Source: Candidatus Dormiibacterota bacterium (lineage in GTDB: Bacteria; Chloroflexota; Dormibacteria; Aeolococcales; Aeolococcaceae). Taken from it: a DNA stretch of 64,000 bases. Location: contig DASRDZ010000010.1 in the NCBI GenBank assembly GCA_035652335.1, forward strand, positions 39,594 to 103,593, read 5' to 3'. Below, one piece after another: positions 1 to 9,201 of the stretch (positions are counted from its first letter, which is position 1; the number at the start of each line of letters is the position of its first letter). Made by a program: the position numbers and the translations under genes. Under the pieces are notes generated by a model. That model was not told the origin of the DNA. It was given only the letters and a program-made list of their open reading frames with translations, and did not search any database.

Positions 1-1140
1 GTCACCACCTTCGAGGCCAAGCGCAACGCCACGTCCGAGGCCCACTTCCAGCAGGACGAGGGCCAGTTCACCATCTACGGCGAGGGCGCGCAGCTCGCCG
101 TCGACTCGGGCTACGGGCACGACTACTCGTGCAACACGTCGGAGTACCAGGTCTACCGGGTGACCCAGGGCGGCTGCCCCACCACCTACGCCGGGAGCGC
201 CTCCGGGCACAACGTGGTGACCGTCGACTGCGACGGGGTCAGCACCCAGTGGGGTCGCGGCGGCGCCACCACCAGCCAGACCATCCCGCTGGAGATGTCC
301 AGCCCCGGGACCGCCTACGTGCGCAGCGATCTCAGCACCGCCTACTCGGCGACCGACCCGCCCAGCGGGGTGCCCATCGCCGCCCGCGACCTGCTGGTGA
401 GCCACGTCGCCGGCGAGCCGTACGTCGTCGCCGTCCGCGACGCGCTGGACACCAACGGCGCGCTGCACGACTGGTGCTGGACGCTGCACACCTCGGTCGA
501 GAACGCCGTGGCCCTCACCGGGGCGCAGACCTTCCTGGTGCGCAGCCCCGACGGCGTCTCCATGGCCGGGGCGGTGGCCAGCTCCTCGCACGGCACCGGC
601 GGGACCACCGTGCCGCAGCTCAGCGTGCAGCCGCAGGCCAACGACTTCGACCAGCCGGTCGAGCAGTGGGTGCTCTCCAGCGAGGTGCTGCAGACCGCCG
701 AGTACGACGGGCTCGGCGTTCTTGCCGTCAGTGGCATCAACGGCGCCGCCCCCGGCGTCTCGGTGCTCACCTCCACGGGCGGGTCGGTGATCGACGTCAC
801 CTGGAGCGGCGGCGAGATGCTGCTTGCGGGGGAGACCCACAACGCCGGCCCGGTGTCCTCGGCGCGGCTGCACTCCGACGGGCTTGTCGCCGCGGCGACG
901 CTCGGCCGCGGCGAGGAGACGCTGGACCAGGGCACCAGCCTGGTGGTCGACGGGGTGAGCGTCGTGTCGATCACCGGCGGTCCCGGGAGCGTCACCGTCT
1001 CCGAGGGTGCCGCCACCGCCAGTGGTCCCACCGGCGCGGTCTACACCGTGTACGCGCCCGGAGGCCTCACCTCGGCGACCGTCAACGGCACCGCGGTGAA
1101 CACCTGCGTGGCCGGCTCGTCGGTGCAGTTCCCCTGCTGA
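1..1140 (+). CDS. Secreted polysaccharide-degrading enzyme, C-terminal fragment (heparinase II/III-like?); Thr/Ser/Gly/Val-rich beta domain. The ORF is open to the window start, so the 5' end is outside the window
   Basis: Frame 1 has no stop from position 1 to the TGA at 1138-1140. The translation (VTTFEAKRNATSEAHFQQDEGQFTIYGEGAQLAVDSGYGHDYSCN...) is not low-complexity, unlike the overlapping Arg-rich ORF 129..1148. The family call is from memory only. Confidence 0.45.
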   Translation, partial: VTTFEAKRNATSEAHFQQDEGQFTIYGEGAQLAVDSGYGHDYSCNTSEYQVYRVTQGGCPTTYAGSASGHNVVTVDCDGVSTQWGRGGATTSQTIPLEMSSPGTAYVRSDLSTAYSATDPPSGVPIAARDLLVSHVAGEPYVVAVRDALDTNGALHDWCWTLHTSVENAVALTGAQTFLVRSPDGVSMAGAVASSSHGTGGTTVPQLSVQPQANDFDQPVEQWVLSSEVLQTAEYDGLGVLAVSGINGAAPGVSVLTSTGGSVIDVTWSGGEMLLAGETHNAGPVSSARLHSDGLVAAATLGRGEETLDQGTSLVVDGVSVVSITGGPGSVTVSEGAATASGPTGAVYTVYAPGGLTSATVNGTAVNTCVAGSSVQFPC

Positions 1141-1144
1141 GGGG

Positions 1145-1966
1145 CTAGGCCGCCCCGGCGGTGAGCTGCGCGTGGATGCGCACCAGCGCGTCGACGTCCT
1201 CACCGTGCGCGATGACCACGATGCCGTCGGCTCCGGCCTCGCGGTAGCGCTCCGCGGTGCCGGGCTCGACCTGCGACTGCCACACCGAGGCGAGCCGCTT
1301 GAGAGTGCGCGGATCCCGGCCGGCGCGCTCGCAGGCGGCGTCGACGCGTGCGTTGAGCTGGGCGTGGTCTTCGGGGCTGCCGAAGCCGTTCCACCAGTCG
1401 GCGTGGCGTGCGGCGACCTCCAGCATGCGCGGGCCGTGGCCGCCGATGAGCACCTCGGGGCGCGGTGACTGCAGCGGGGTCGGATAGCCGGCGGCGTCGG
1501 TGATGCGCGCATGCCTCCCCGTGAAGGAGAAGCGCTCGCCCGACCACATCCGCTCCAGCACCTGGCAGGTCTCGTCGAGCCGCCGCACGCGCTCACCGCC
1601 GGACGGGTACTCGACGCCGAACGCCTCGTGCTCGGCGGCCAGGCGCGCCGCGCCCAGCCCGACGACGAGCCGGCCGTCGCTGACGTGGTCCACGGTGGTG
1701 GCGATCCGCGCCAGCAGGGCGGGCTGCCGGAAGGTGACAGCCGTGACCAGAACTCCGAGGCGCGCCCGCTGCGTCGCCTCGGCGAGCGCGGCGAGCAGCG
1801 TCCAGCCGTCGTAGTCGCCCGGCGTCGTCTCGGTGAAGTAGTGGTCCCAGGACCACAGCGCGTCGTAGCCCGCGTCCTCGAGGGCGCGCCACGTGTCGCG
1901 CACGCGGCGGTACGGAGGCCGCGGTGGCGTCTGCACGTGGATCTCGAAGCGCCGCGCGCCGGTCAT
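1145..1966 (-). CDS. LLM-class (luciferase-like) F420/flavin-dependent oxidoreductase
   Basis: 273 aa; ATG at 1966-1964 and stop at 1147-1145. The N-terminus (WRALEDAGYDALWSWDHYFTE) and the LVVGLGAARL..EHEAFG pattern are typical of LLM oxidoreductases. Confidence 0.8.
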   Translation of the reverse strand: MTGARRFEIHVQTPPRPPYRRVRDTWRALEDAGYDALWSWDHYFTETTPGDYDGWTLLAALAEATQRARLGVLVTAVTFRQPALLARIATTVDHVSDGRLVVGLGAARLAAEHEAFGVEYPSGGERVRRLDETCQVLERMWSGERFSFTGRHARITDAAGYPTPLQSPRPEVLIGGHGPRMLEVAARHADWWNGFGSPEDHAQLNARVDAACERAGRDPRTLKRLASVWQSQVEPGTAERYREAGADGIVVIAHGEDVDALVRIHAQLTAGAA

Positions 1967-2173
1967 CGCACGGAGAGAGTGCAGGCTGGCCGGACCCGCG
2001 GGGGTGGTTGCGGGCCGGCCGCCTGCGAGGGGGGAGAGATTTGGGCCGCGGGTTCGCGGTCACGGCCCACCGTGCGGAAGTGGTGGTGCTCCCGGCCCGC
2101 TGCCACCCGGTTGGAGGTCTGAGTGGGGTGCGAGCCGGCCACCGCGGGAGACTTTAGCAGGATCATTGCCTTA

Positions 2174-2189
2174 GTGCAACCGTTTGCAC
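2174..2189. promoter_or_regulatory. Palindromic operator-like site GTGCAAccgtTTGCAC upstream of the LLM oxidoreductase
   Basis: Perfect 6-bp inverted arms with a 4-nt spacer, inside the 268-bp gap between the SMP-30 stop and the LLM start. Moderate GC and no run of Ts, so a transcription-factor site is more likely than a terminator. Confidence 0.25.
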
Positions 2190-2234
2190 GGAACCTCTCT
2201 GCGACGGCGTGGCGGGCGGCCCCGGCCGGGCTCG

Positions 2235-3131
2235 TCAGCCGGCGAAGAGGCGCGTCTGCCGCCCGCGCACGCCCGGCTTGCAGCGGAAGACGCCGCCCTC
2301 GCCCGGCCCGTCGTGGGGCAGCCCCTCGGGGTAGGCGCCTGCGCAGGTGATGTAGAGCTCGTCGAGGTCCTCGCCGCCGAAGACGGCGCTGGTCACCGCC
2401 AGCGGCGGGATGGTGACCACCTGGAGGATGTTCCCCTCGGGGTCGTAGCGGCGCACCTCGCCGGCCCCGTGCACCGCCACCCACAGCGCGCCCTCGGCGT
2501 CGAGGGTCATCCCGTCGGGGACGGTGAGCCCCGCCGGCGAGCTGTCGTCGTTGGGGATCTCGAAGGCGACGCGGCGGTTGCCGACGGTGCCCGCCGCGGC
2601 GTCGTAGTCGAAGGCGTCGACGCGGTAGGCGAAGGAGTCGATGTAGTAGAGGGTGCGCTCGTCGTCGGTCCAGTCCAGGCCGTTGGAGATGGTGACGTCC
2701 TCCAGCACGGTGTGGACCGACCCGTCGGGATCGAGGCGGTAGAGCGTGCCGGCACCCTGGTCGTACTCGTAGGCCATGGTGCCCGCCCAGAAGCGGCCCT
2801 GCGGGTCGCACTTGCCCTCGTTCATGCGCAGGTCGGGCCGGTCGGCCAGCACGGGGGCGATCATCTCCACCGCGCCTCCGCCGGCGTCGATCAGACCGAA
2901 GCCGTCCTGCACGGCGACGACGTAGCCGCCGTCGCGGCGCGGGGCGAAGGCGCCGATGTGCTGCCCGATGCCGTCGACGGTGTGCCGGCCGCTGCGCGGG
3001 TCGAGGTGGTGCAGCTCGCCGGACATGATGTCGACGAAGTCGAGCGCGCCGGTTGCCGGGTTCCAGACGGGCCCCTCGCCGAGCTTGCAGCGGCAGTCGA
3101 GGATGCACTCCGCGGTGAGCGAGGTGATCAT
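2235..3131 (-). CDS. SMP-30/gluconolactonase/LRE family lactonase (regucalcin-like)
   Basis: 298 aa. GGAGGG RBS 7 nt upstream of the ATG (3131). Beta-propeller family pattern (GEGPVWNPATGALDFVDI...TISNGLDWTDDERTLYYIDS...VPDGMTLDAEGALWVA). Sits downstream of the giant GH on the same strand. Confidence 0.85.
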   Translation of the reverse strand: MITSLTAECILDCRCKLGEGPVWNPATGALDFVDIMSGELHHLDPRSGRHTVDGIGQHIGAFAPRRDGGYVVAVQDGFGLIDAGGGAVEMIAPVLADRPDLRMNEGKCDPQGRFWAGTMAYEYDQGAGTLYRLDPDGSVHTVLEDVTISNGLDWTDDERTLYYIDSFAYRVDAFDYDAAAGTVGNRRVAFEIPNDDSSPAGLTVPDGMTLDAEGALWVAVHGAGEVRRYDPEGNILQVVTIPPLAVTSAVFGGEDLDELYITCAGAYPEGLPHDGPGEGGVFRCKPGVRGRQTRLFAG

Positions 3132-3177
3132 GGATTCTTCCCTCCACAGGCCGGCGGCTCAGGGCCGGCCGACTTCG

Positions 3178-6100
3178 TCAGTGATCGTAACGTAGGAGCC
3201 GGGGGCGGCCCAGCAGCCCGCTGACGCGCTGGTCCTCGGGACCGTAGATCGTCGGCACGCCACGCGCCACCAGCGGCGCCAGGGTGTTGGTCACCTCCAG
3301 CTCGATGAGGTTCTCGCCGGCACGCAGCGGGACCTCGATGCGCCAGGGGCGGCACCACAGCGCGCCGAGGTCCTCGCCGTTGACGCGCACGCCGGCGCTG
3401 CCGCGCACCTCGCCGAGGTCGAGCACCGCGTCCATGTCGCGCTCCACCCGCACCGTGGCGCGATGCAGGATGACGCCGGCGAAGGAGTCCAGGCCCTGGC
3501 GGTGCCAGGAGATGCCGGTGCGGATCACGCCGTCGCCGAGCGTCAGCACGGGGTGCTCGCGGAAGCAGGCGGCGCCGCGCCCGCCGGCCTGTGCCTGCAC
3601 GCGGATCGCCACGCGCGCACCGCCGCGCAGCGGCAGCACGCCGTCGTCGATCCGCACCTCCTCGCCGTCGAGCCAGGCCTGCACCTCGCCGTCGACCGGC
3701 AGCGTCATGCTGCGCGCGCCGGGCGGCGCCAGGAAGCAGAACCACGATGGCGGGGGCGGCTCCGGGGAGTCCGACCAGCGCTGCGGCACCAGCCCGCGCA
3801 CCACCTCCTCGCCCTCCAGCCAGGCGACGTCGGTGAGCGTGTGGCGGCGCTCGATCTGCTCGCGCGCTCCCCAGCCGGAGAGCGGGCTGCCCGCGCTGAG
3901 GCCGTAGGCGCCCACCCACGGTTCACCCGCGGCGCAGGTCTCCCAGCGCTCGTCGCTGCCGATCTCCAGCACCGCTCCCGAGCGCAGGCGCAGCCGCAGG
4001 CTGCAGCCGAAGCTCGGCGTGGTCATCGTCTCACCGGCGAAGGCCTCGACGACGTGCTCGCCCGCCTCCAGATGCGGCGGCACCTCGACGTGGTGCGTCG
4101 CCGCTGCGCTCGAGGACACCTCGACCTCGGCGGGCTCGCTCAGCGTGATGCGCCGCCGGAAGCGGCGCGCCTGCGGCGCGCCGCGATAGTCGGGGTGCAC
4201 CATCCGTCCGCCCCAGATGCCCACGGGCGCACGGCGGTAGGGCTCGCCGAAGCACCACGACAGCGCCGTCGGCGGCGGCTTGCTGTAGCCGCGATAGGCG
4301 AGATGCGGGGCGTGCCGCGGCACCACCTCGACGGCCACCTCGTGCCAGCCGGCGTCGAGGTGCACGGGGATGGCCAGCACGCCGTTGTCGAGCGGGCCGG
4401 CGAGATGCGTGCCGTCGAGCCACACCGTGATGACGGCGTCACCCTCGATGACGAGGTGCGTGTCGCAGGCCTGCGGCACGTGGCCGTAGGAGACCAGGCG
4501 TGCGCCGTCCTCGGGCAGCACCGCCTTCCACGTCTCCACCTTGCCGCGCACGCCGAAGAGCGTCTCCAGGCAGACGTCCTCGATGCCGTAGCGCTCCGAG
4601 TACTCGAAGGGGACGCCGTCGACGGTGGCCCGAGGGCCGTACGTCGACACCACCTCGCGCCAGCCGTCGCGCAGCATCCGCTCGCGCGGAGGGACGCGCC
4701 CGTTGTCGCCGCTCATGCGCTCCTCCATGCCCAGCGAACGCATGGGATGCTCGACGTCCTCGGGCACGACGGGAGCGCTGCGCCAGGCGGGATCGTCGCC
4801 CTCGCGCCAGGCGAAGGTGCGGCGCTCCACCGGCGGTGTGCCCGGGTTGGGCGGCAGGCGCAGGTCGCCCCAGCGGTTCTCGCCCCACTCGAGGTAGCGG
4901 CACTCCCACTCCACCGCCAGGGGGATCTCCTGCGACGGTGCCGGCGTGGCGACGCGCTGCGGCTCACCGGGCGGCAGCGCGACGATGGTGAAGGGGCCGT
5001 CGAGGCGCAGCAGCAGGTCGTCGCCGTCGAGCCGCGCGTCGAGGGGGTGCACGCTGCCGTCGCGGAACTCCCAGCGCTCGGCGCTCCGCGGGCCCACGCC
5101 GCGCACGCGCAGCTCGCCCTCGCCGGTGCAGAGCAGCAGGTCGAGGTCGCCGCAGCGCCGCCACTGCACGCGCACCTCCGCGCCGGCGGCGCGCGGCGGC
5201 GGCAGGGCGGCGGGCACCTCCGCGGGCGTGGCCACCACAGTCGCCAGCGAGCGCAATCTGGCCACGTGTGTCAGGAACTCGGCGTCGCCTGAGCCGTTCT
5301 CCGCCGACCAGTCCGGCAGCGGCTCGACGATCACCACGGGAACGCCTCGCTCCGCCCGCGCGATCAGGGCGTCGACCACCGGCAGCGGCAGGCAGCGGCA
5401 GGCCGGCAGCACCACGGGCAGGTCGGGCACCCGGTCCAGCCAGTCCTCGTTCACCGCCATGCGGTCGTGGCCGGCGTCGTGCAGGAGGCTGCGCGTCGCC
5501 CACTCGTCGGGCCGGTCCCAGCGCACCGAGCCGTGGTGCCCCATGAGCTGCACGTACACCTGGTTGGCGCGCTGCGCGCTCTCGCCCCACTCCATGTGCC
5601 CGAGCGTGTCGGCCCACACCGTCGAGAGCGGGTGGAGGACGGCCACCTCCGGGTGGTGCCGCCCCGCCGCCGCGGCCATCATCACCCGCGCCATGGCCTC
5701 GGCGAAGGGCGCGTAGTGCCGCGAGAAGGGCTGGCGCCAGAGCATCTCCGGCGAGGCCCACTCCCACCACATGCCGCGCGTCGCGTAGTAGCCACCGTGT
5801 GGCAGGAACAGCGACGCGCCCTCGCGCGCCCACTCGAAGAGCGCCTCCGCCTGGTGCGCCAGCGAGAGTCCCTGCCCCTGCGAGTGGAAGCCCTCCAGCC
5901 AGACGCGCGAGGCTCCGGTGAGCGTGGCCAGGGAGAGGTGGAAGCGGATGTCGCCCATCTGGTCACTGCCCGGCGCGTTGGCCCAGGCCATGGTCCGGAA
6001 GTGGTCGACGTAGGCGAGGGCGCCGATGATCGGCGTGCCCATCCGCGACATCTGGTCGTAGCCGGCCAGCAGGCCGCGCTCGCGCACCATGCGCGCGTAC

Positions 6101-6858
6101 GGCTCGGTGTAGGCGCGCTCGATGCGCTGCCTGGCCACGTCGCACACCTGCCAGCGCAGCGCCGGCATCCGCGGGTCGTCGGACGGCGCGAAGGGGACCG
6201 CGGGCGGGTCGAAGCCCTTGACGGCGCGGAACTCCTCGGCGAAGCCCGGCGCCCCGGTGCCGAAGCACCACATCTCGTCCTCGAAGAGCGCGACGACGGG
6301 ATCGCCGTCGAGGTCGCCGGTCGACTCCGCCAGCATGCGGTTGACCGCGCCGTCCCTCGCCAGCGTCGCGACGGCGCGCACGTTGCCGAAGTCGAAGCCG
6401 TAGGGAAGCACGGTCGGCCCCGGCGCCGTCATCTCGCCGCGGAAGTCGGGATGCTCGCGCAGCAGCGCGGACATGTCGCGCATGCCGCCCGCCTGGTAGG
6501 GGCTGCCGGTGACGACGCCGAGCCCCAGCTCGCGACAGCGAAGCAGGATGCGCCGGTAGAGCGCGGTGCGCTCGGGCGTGCCCACCGGCGGGTCGTCGCC
6601 GACCGAGCCGCCGGCAGGGCCGAAGGCTGCCAGCGAGGCCGTCGCCACACCGCCGCAGCCCATCTCGACCAGGCGGTCGAGCTGCCAGCGCAGCCGCTCC
6701 TCGTCGAGCTTCTCGCCGCTCCACCACCACGCCGGGATGGGGCGCCACCTGTTCTCCGGGTTGCCCGCGAAGGCGCTGCGCAGCTCGGCGGGATCCGCGA
6801 TCGCGCCGGTCCAATCCATGCGCACAGATGCCCTGGGGGCGGCGTCGTCGACGATCAT
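3178..6858 (-). CDS. Large multidomain glycoside hydrolase (1226 aa; family uncertain, GH106/GH2-like TIM-barrel plus C-terminal beta-sandwich)
   Basis: The real start is the ATG at 6858-6856 (MIVDDAAPRASVRMDWTG...), not the GTG at 7356; the N-terminal 166 codons of the track ORF are Arg-rich junk. This ATG overlaps the stop of the upstream PhyH gene (ATGA), indicating coupling. Motifs include WWWSGEKLDEERLRWQLDRLVEMGCGGV and a C-terminal ...GENLIELEVTNTLAPL tail typical of GH C-terminal beta-sandwich domains. Confidence 0.7.
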   Translation of the reverse strand: MIVDDAAPRASVRMDWTGAIADPAELRSAFAGNPENRWRPIPAWWWSGEKLDEERLRWQLDRLVEMGCGGVATASLAAFGPAGGSVGDDPPVGTPERTALYRRILLRCRELGLGVVTGSPYQAGGMRDMSALLREHPDFRGEMTAPGPTVLPYGFDFGNVRAVATLARDGAVNRMLAESTGDLDGDPVVALFEDEMWCFGTGAPGFAEEFRAVKGFDPPAVPFAPSDDPRMPALRWQVCDVARQRIERAYTEPYARMVRERGLLAGYDQMSRMGTPIIGALAYVDHFRTMAWANAPGSDQMGDIRFHLSLATLTGASRVWLEGFHSQGQGLSLAHQAEALFEWAREGASLFLPHGGYYATRGMWWEWASPEMLWRQPFSRHYAPFAEAMARVMMAAAAGRHHPEVAVLHPLSTVWADTLGHMEWGESAQRANQVYVQLMGHHGSVRWDRPDEWATRSLLHDAGHDRMAVNEDWLDRVPDLPVVLPACRCLPLPVVDALIARAERGVPVVIVEPLPDWSAENGSGDAEFLTHVARLRSLATVVATPAEVPAALPPPRAAGAEVRVQWRRCGDLDLLLCTGEGELRVRGVGPRSAERWEFRDGSVHPLDARLDGDDLLLRLDGPFTIVALPPGEPQRVATPAPSQEIPLAVEWECRYLEWGENRWGDLRLPPNPGTPPVERRTFAWREGDDPAWRSAPVVPEDVEHPMRSLGMEERMSGDNGRVPPRERMLRDGWREVVSTYGPRATVDGVPFEYSERYGIEDVCLETLFGVRGKVETWKAVLPEDGARLVSYGHVPQACDTHLVIEGDAVITVWLDGTHLAGPLDNGVLAIPVHLDAGWHEVAVEVVPRHAPHLAYRGYSKPPPTALSWCFGEPYRRAPVGIWGGRMVHPDYRGAPQARRFRRRITLSEPAEVEVSSSAAATHHVEVPPHLEAGEHVVEAFAGETMTTPSFGCSLRLRLRSGAVLEIGSDERWETCAAGEPWVGAYGLSAGSPLSGWGAREQIERRHTLTDVAWLEGEEVVRGLVPQRWSDSPEPPPPSWFCFLAPPGARSMTLPVDGEVQAWLDGEEVRIDDGVLPLRGGARVAIRVQAQAGGRGAACFREHPVLTLGDGVIRTGISWHRQGLDSFAGVILHRATVRVERDMDAVLDLGEVRGSAGVRVNGEDLGALWCRPWRIEVPLRAGENLIELEVTNTLAPLVARGVPTIYGPEDQRVSGLLGRPRLLRYDH

Positions 6859-7634
6859 CGGCAGCCGCGGAAGGGCATGTGGTCGCCGCTGCGGAAGCGC
6901 GGCGGCGTGGCGTACACGTTGCGGTGCGGCGTCCCGTCGCCGCGGAGCAGGTAGCAGATCGGCCAGGGTTGCTCGCCGCGGATGCGCGTGGTGGTGGGGA
7001 TGTAACGGATGGTCAGCCCGCAGCGGCGGCGCGTCGAGCGGTTCGCGCGCGAGCCGTGCACGATGCTCGGGTGGTGCACCGAGACCCCGCCTCGCGGCAC
7101 CACCACGTCGACGGCGGCGGACTCGTCGACGTCGAGCGCGATCTCGGAGCTGAGCAGGTTCTCGATCGCCGTGACCTCGCGCCGCTCGTGCACCGGCCAG
7201 TCGTGGCTGCCGGGGATGACGCGCAGGCAGCCGTTCTCCGGCAGCGAGTCGTCGACGGCGAGCCAGAGCGAGACCACCTCCATCGGCTCCAGCTGCGGCC
7301 AGTAGGCGGCGTCCTGGTGCCAGAGCACGGGCTGGCCGTCGCCGGGTGGCTTGCACACGTACTGCGAGGCGAAGAGCGCGATGCCGTCGCCGATGAACTG
7401 CGCGGCGACGTCGAGGAGGCGGTCGTCGCCGACCAGGCGCACCCAGAAGGGGTCGTCGGCGAGCAGGTCGACGCCAAGCGTCTCCGGGCGCCGCCCCGGG
7501 TTGCGCGCGGTGAGCCAGTCGACATGGGCGGCCACCTCGTCGATGAGCTCAACGTCGAGGACGTCGGGGAACACCGCGTAGCCCTGGCGGGCGTAGTGCT
7601 GCAGCGGCGACTCGGCGGTCGCGGCGGTGCTCAT
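6855..7634 (-). CDS. Phytanoyl-CoA dioxygenase (PhyH) family Fe(II)/2-oxoglutarate oxygenase, paralog 1
   Basis: 259 aa from the ATG at 7634 (MSTAATAESPLQHYARQGYAVFPDVL...). Carries the HxD...H facial triad context (LWHQDAAYW ... VSVHHPSIVHGSRAN). Its TGA stop (6857-6855) overlaps the ATG of the downstream GH. The track ORF 6855..8045 has an Arg/Gly/His-rich junk N-terminus. Confidence 0.75.
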   Translation of the reverse strand: MSTAATAESPLQHYARQGYAVFPDVLDVELIDEVAAHVDWLTARNPGRRPETLGVDLLADDPFWVRLVGDDRLLDVAAQFIGDGIALFASQYVCKPPGDGQPVLWHQDAAYWPQLEPMEVVSLWLAVDDSLPENGCLRVIPGSHDWPVHERREVTAIENLLSSEIALDVDESAAVDVVVPRGGVSVHHPSIVHGSRANRSTRRRCGLTIRYIPTTTRIRGEQPWPICYLLRGDGTPHRNVYATPPRFRSGDHMPFRGCR

Positions 7635-7648
7635 CGCCGGCGGCCCGG

Positions 7649-8557
7649 TCAGCGGCGGAGGGTCTGCACGAAGCGGCGCAGACGCGACGCTGCCGCCGCG
7701 CCCGCCGCCCCGCCGCTCGGCGCCGGGGGAGCCGGAGCAGGGATGAGGCTGCCGGCGAAGACGAGTGCGCCCAGCGCGGTGAGCAGGGTGCCGGGGAGCA
7801 GGCTGCGCAGCGGCAGCCCGGCGGCGACCGCCCGGATCGGCGTCCTGCGCAGCGGCGCCGCCCTCACCGGTGCTCGCGGCGCCGCCGGGACGACCGGTGC
7901 GGTCTCGACGGTGGGGATGGTGACCACGGCGGGCACCGGCGGCGGCGTGGGCACCAAGAGGTCGGCGGGCGGCAGTGGCGGCAGCACGGTGTTGCCGTCG
8001 TCGGTGGTGAGGATGGTGAGGATCGCCGAGGCCTGGCGGACGCACGGCGTGAGCTGGTCACCGGGATTGGGCAGCGGCACGGGCGGCGCGGCCGGCGGCG
8101 AGGGAGGAGTCACCGGAAGCGCAGGGATCGTGGCCACCGGCGACGTCAAAGGAGAGGGGCAGGCGGTTGCAGCGGGTGAGCCTGCGCCGATGTCCTGATA
8201 CACGGTGACCACCGCATCGCCCGGCGGGTCGTCCTGGGGGATCTCGAAGTTGCACTGCACCGTCCCGGTGTTGCTGGCGGAGCCGACCGCGCACTTCTGC
8301 GCCGGCGCGCCCGGCGCGCAGGCGGGTGCCGGGCAGACCGTCAGCGTGTACCCGACGGAGGGGGCGAACCCCTGCCCGGAGACGCTGATGGTGGCGCCGG
8401 GCAGGCCGCTGGCCGGCGCGACCTGGACGGCCGTCGAGGCCGTCGGCGGGGGCGGCTGGGTCGCGGCGGCCGGGTGCGCGTCGAGCAGCGAGAGCACGCC
8501 GGCCAGCGCCATGGCGGCGGCGACCGCCCTGGCGGCGCGACGGGGAGCTGTGCCCAT
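7649..8557 (-). CDS. Secreted proline-rich membrane-anchored protein (N-terminal signal peptide, C-terminal TM helix)
   Basis: Start trimmed to the ATG at 8557 (MGTAPRRAARAVAAAMALAGVLSLLDAHPAAA is a signal peptide). It has a Cys-containing domain, then long PPxP tracts (TPPSPPAAPPVPLPNPG..PTPPPVPAVV), and a C-terminal hydrophobic anchor (LLTALGALVFAGSLIP). It is the first gene of the operon PhyH1 - GH - SMP30. Confidence 0.55.
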   Translation of the reverse strand: MGTAPRRAARAVAAAMALAGVLSLLDAHPAAATQPPPPTASTAVQVAPASGLPGATISVSGQGFAPSVGYTLTVCPAPACAPGAPAQKCAVGSASNTGTVQCNFEIPQDDPPGDAVVTVYQDIGAGSPAATACPSPLTSPVATIPALPVTPPSPPAAPPVPLPNPGDQLTPCVRQASAILTILTTDDGNTVLPPLPPADLLVPTPPPVPAVVTIPTVETAPVVPAAPRAPVRAAPLRRTPIRAVAAGLPLRSLLPGTLLTALGALVFAGSLIPAPAPPAPSGGAAGAAAASRLRRFVQTLRR

Positions 8558-8599
8558 TCCCAACCAACCTCTTCTTCCCGCCCTCCGGGCGACCCTTCG

Positions 8600-8685
8600 G
8601 CGGCCCGGCGGCGACTCTAGCATTGACCACCTCGTATGATTAGGTAAAAATTCTAACAATGCAAGGTGGAGGAGGAAGGAAGGCC
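8600..8685. promoter_or_regulatory. AT-rich divergent promoter region between the Pro-rich/PhyH/GH operon (-) and the ABC transporter operon (+)
   Basis: TTGACCACCTCGTATGATTAGGTAAAAATTCTAACAATG lies in a roughly 72% GC genome. It contains TATGAT and TAAAAAT-like -10 candidates, and a strong RBS block GGAGGAGGAAGG follows. Confidence 0.4.
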
Positions 8686-9201
8686 GTGCCTGCGCGGTCC
8701 GCTGCCCGCGGCGCACGCCTGGCCGCGCTGGCCGGGGCGCTCGCCGCGGCCGTCACCCTGAGCGGCTGCGGCGTCCGGCTGCAGGCCAACCACCTGGTGG
8801 TGCGCATCGACGCCGCCGGCATGCACCTCGTCAGGGTCAACGGCAGCGCGGCCCGCGCCGGCACGGCCATCCCCTCGGGAGAAACCGTCATCGACGTCAT
8901 CAACGCCGACCCGCAGCTCGCCCACACGGTGAGCCTGGTGCAGGGCGTCGCCACGCCGGGCGCTCTCCCCGAGCGCGTGCGCGCCGCCCGCCTGGTCAGC
9001 GACGACCCCGACCAGATCCTCGACATGACCGACTCGCTCGACCGCGACCAGGTCAAGGTCAGCGCCAGCGGCGGCATCATCGACGACCCCCAGACTGCGC
9101 AGTTCCACGAGTACCTCGCGCCCGGCCAGGCCTACCTCATCGTCGACGTGGCCCACGCGAGCCGCGACTGGCTCGCCATCACCCCGAGCGGCGCCGCATG
9201 A
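8686..9201 (+). CDS. Small lipoprotein of unknown function (lipobox LSGC)
   Basis: GTG at 8686 sits 10 nt after GGAGGAGGAAGG (8668-8680). Signal plus lipobox: MPARSAARGARLAALAGALAAAVTLSGC. The stop TGA 9199-9201 overlaps the ATG of the next gene (ATGA). The ATG at 8659 chosen by the track lies inside the RBS. Confidence 0.6.
   Translation: MPARSAARGARLAALAGALAAAVTLSGCGVRLQANHLVVRIDAAGMHLVRVNGSAARAGTAIPSGETVIDVINADPQLAHTVSLVQGVATPGALPERVRAARLVSDDPDQILDMTDSLDRDQVKVSASGGIIDDPQTAQFHEYLAPGQAYLIVDVAHASRDWLAITPSGAA

Noticed and set aside
129-1148. 339-aa plus-strand ORF overlapping the first gene
   Set aside because: The translation is almost pure Arg/Gly/Ala/Pro/His (RRRHHQPDHPAGDVQPRDRL...), typical of an out-of-frame read through GC-rich coding DNA. 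The frame-1 ORF that is open from position 1 reads like a real protein.
7649-8557. Possible sortase LPXTG anchor in the Pro-rich protein (LLPGTLLTALG)
   Set aside because: The motif is LPGTL, not LPXTG followed by a hydrophobic stretch and a positive tail. A simple C-terminal TM anchor is the safer interpretation.
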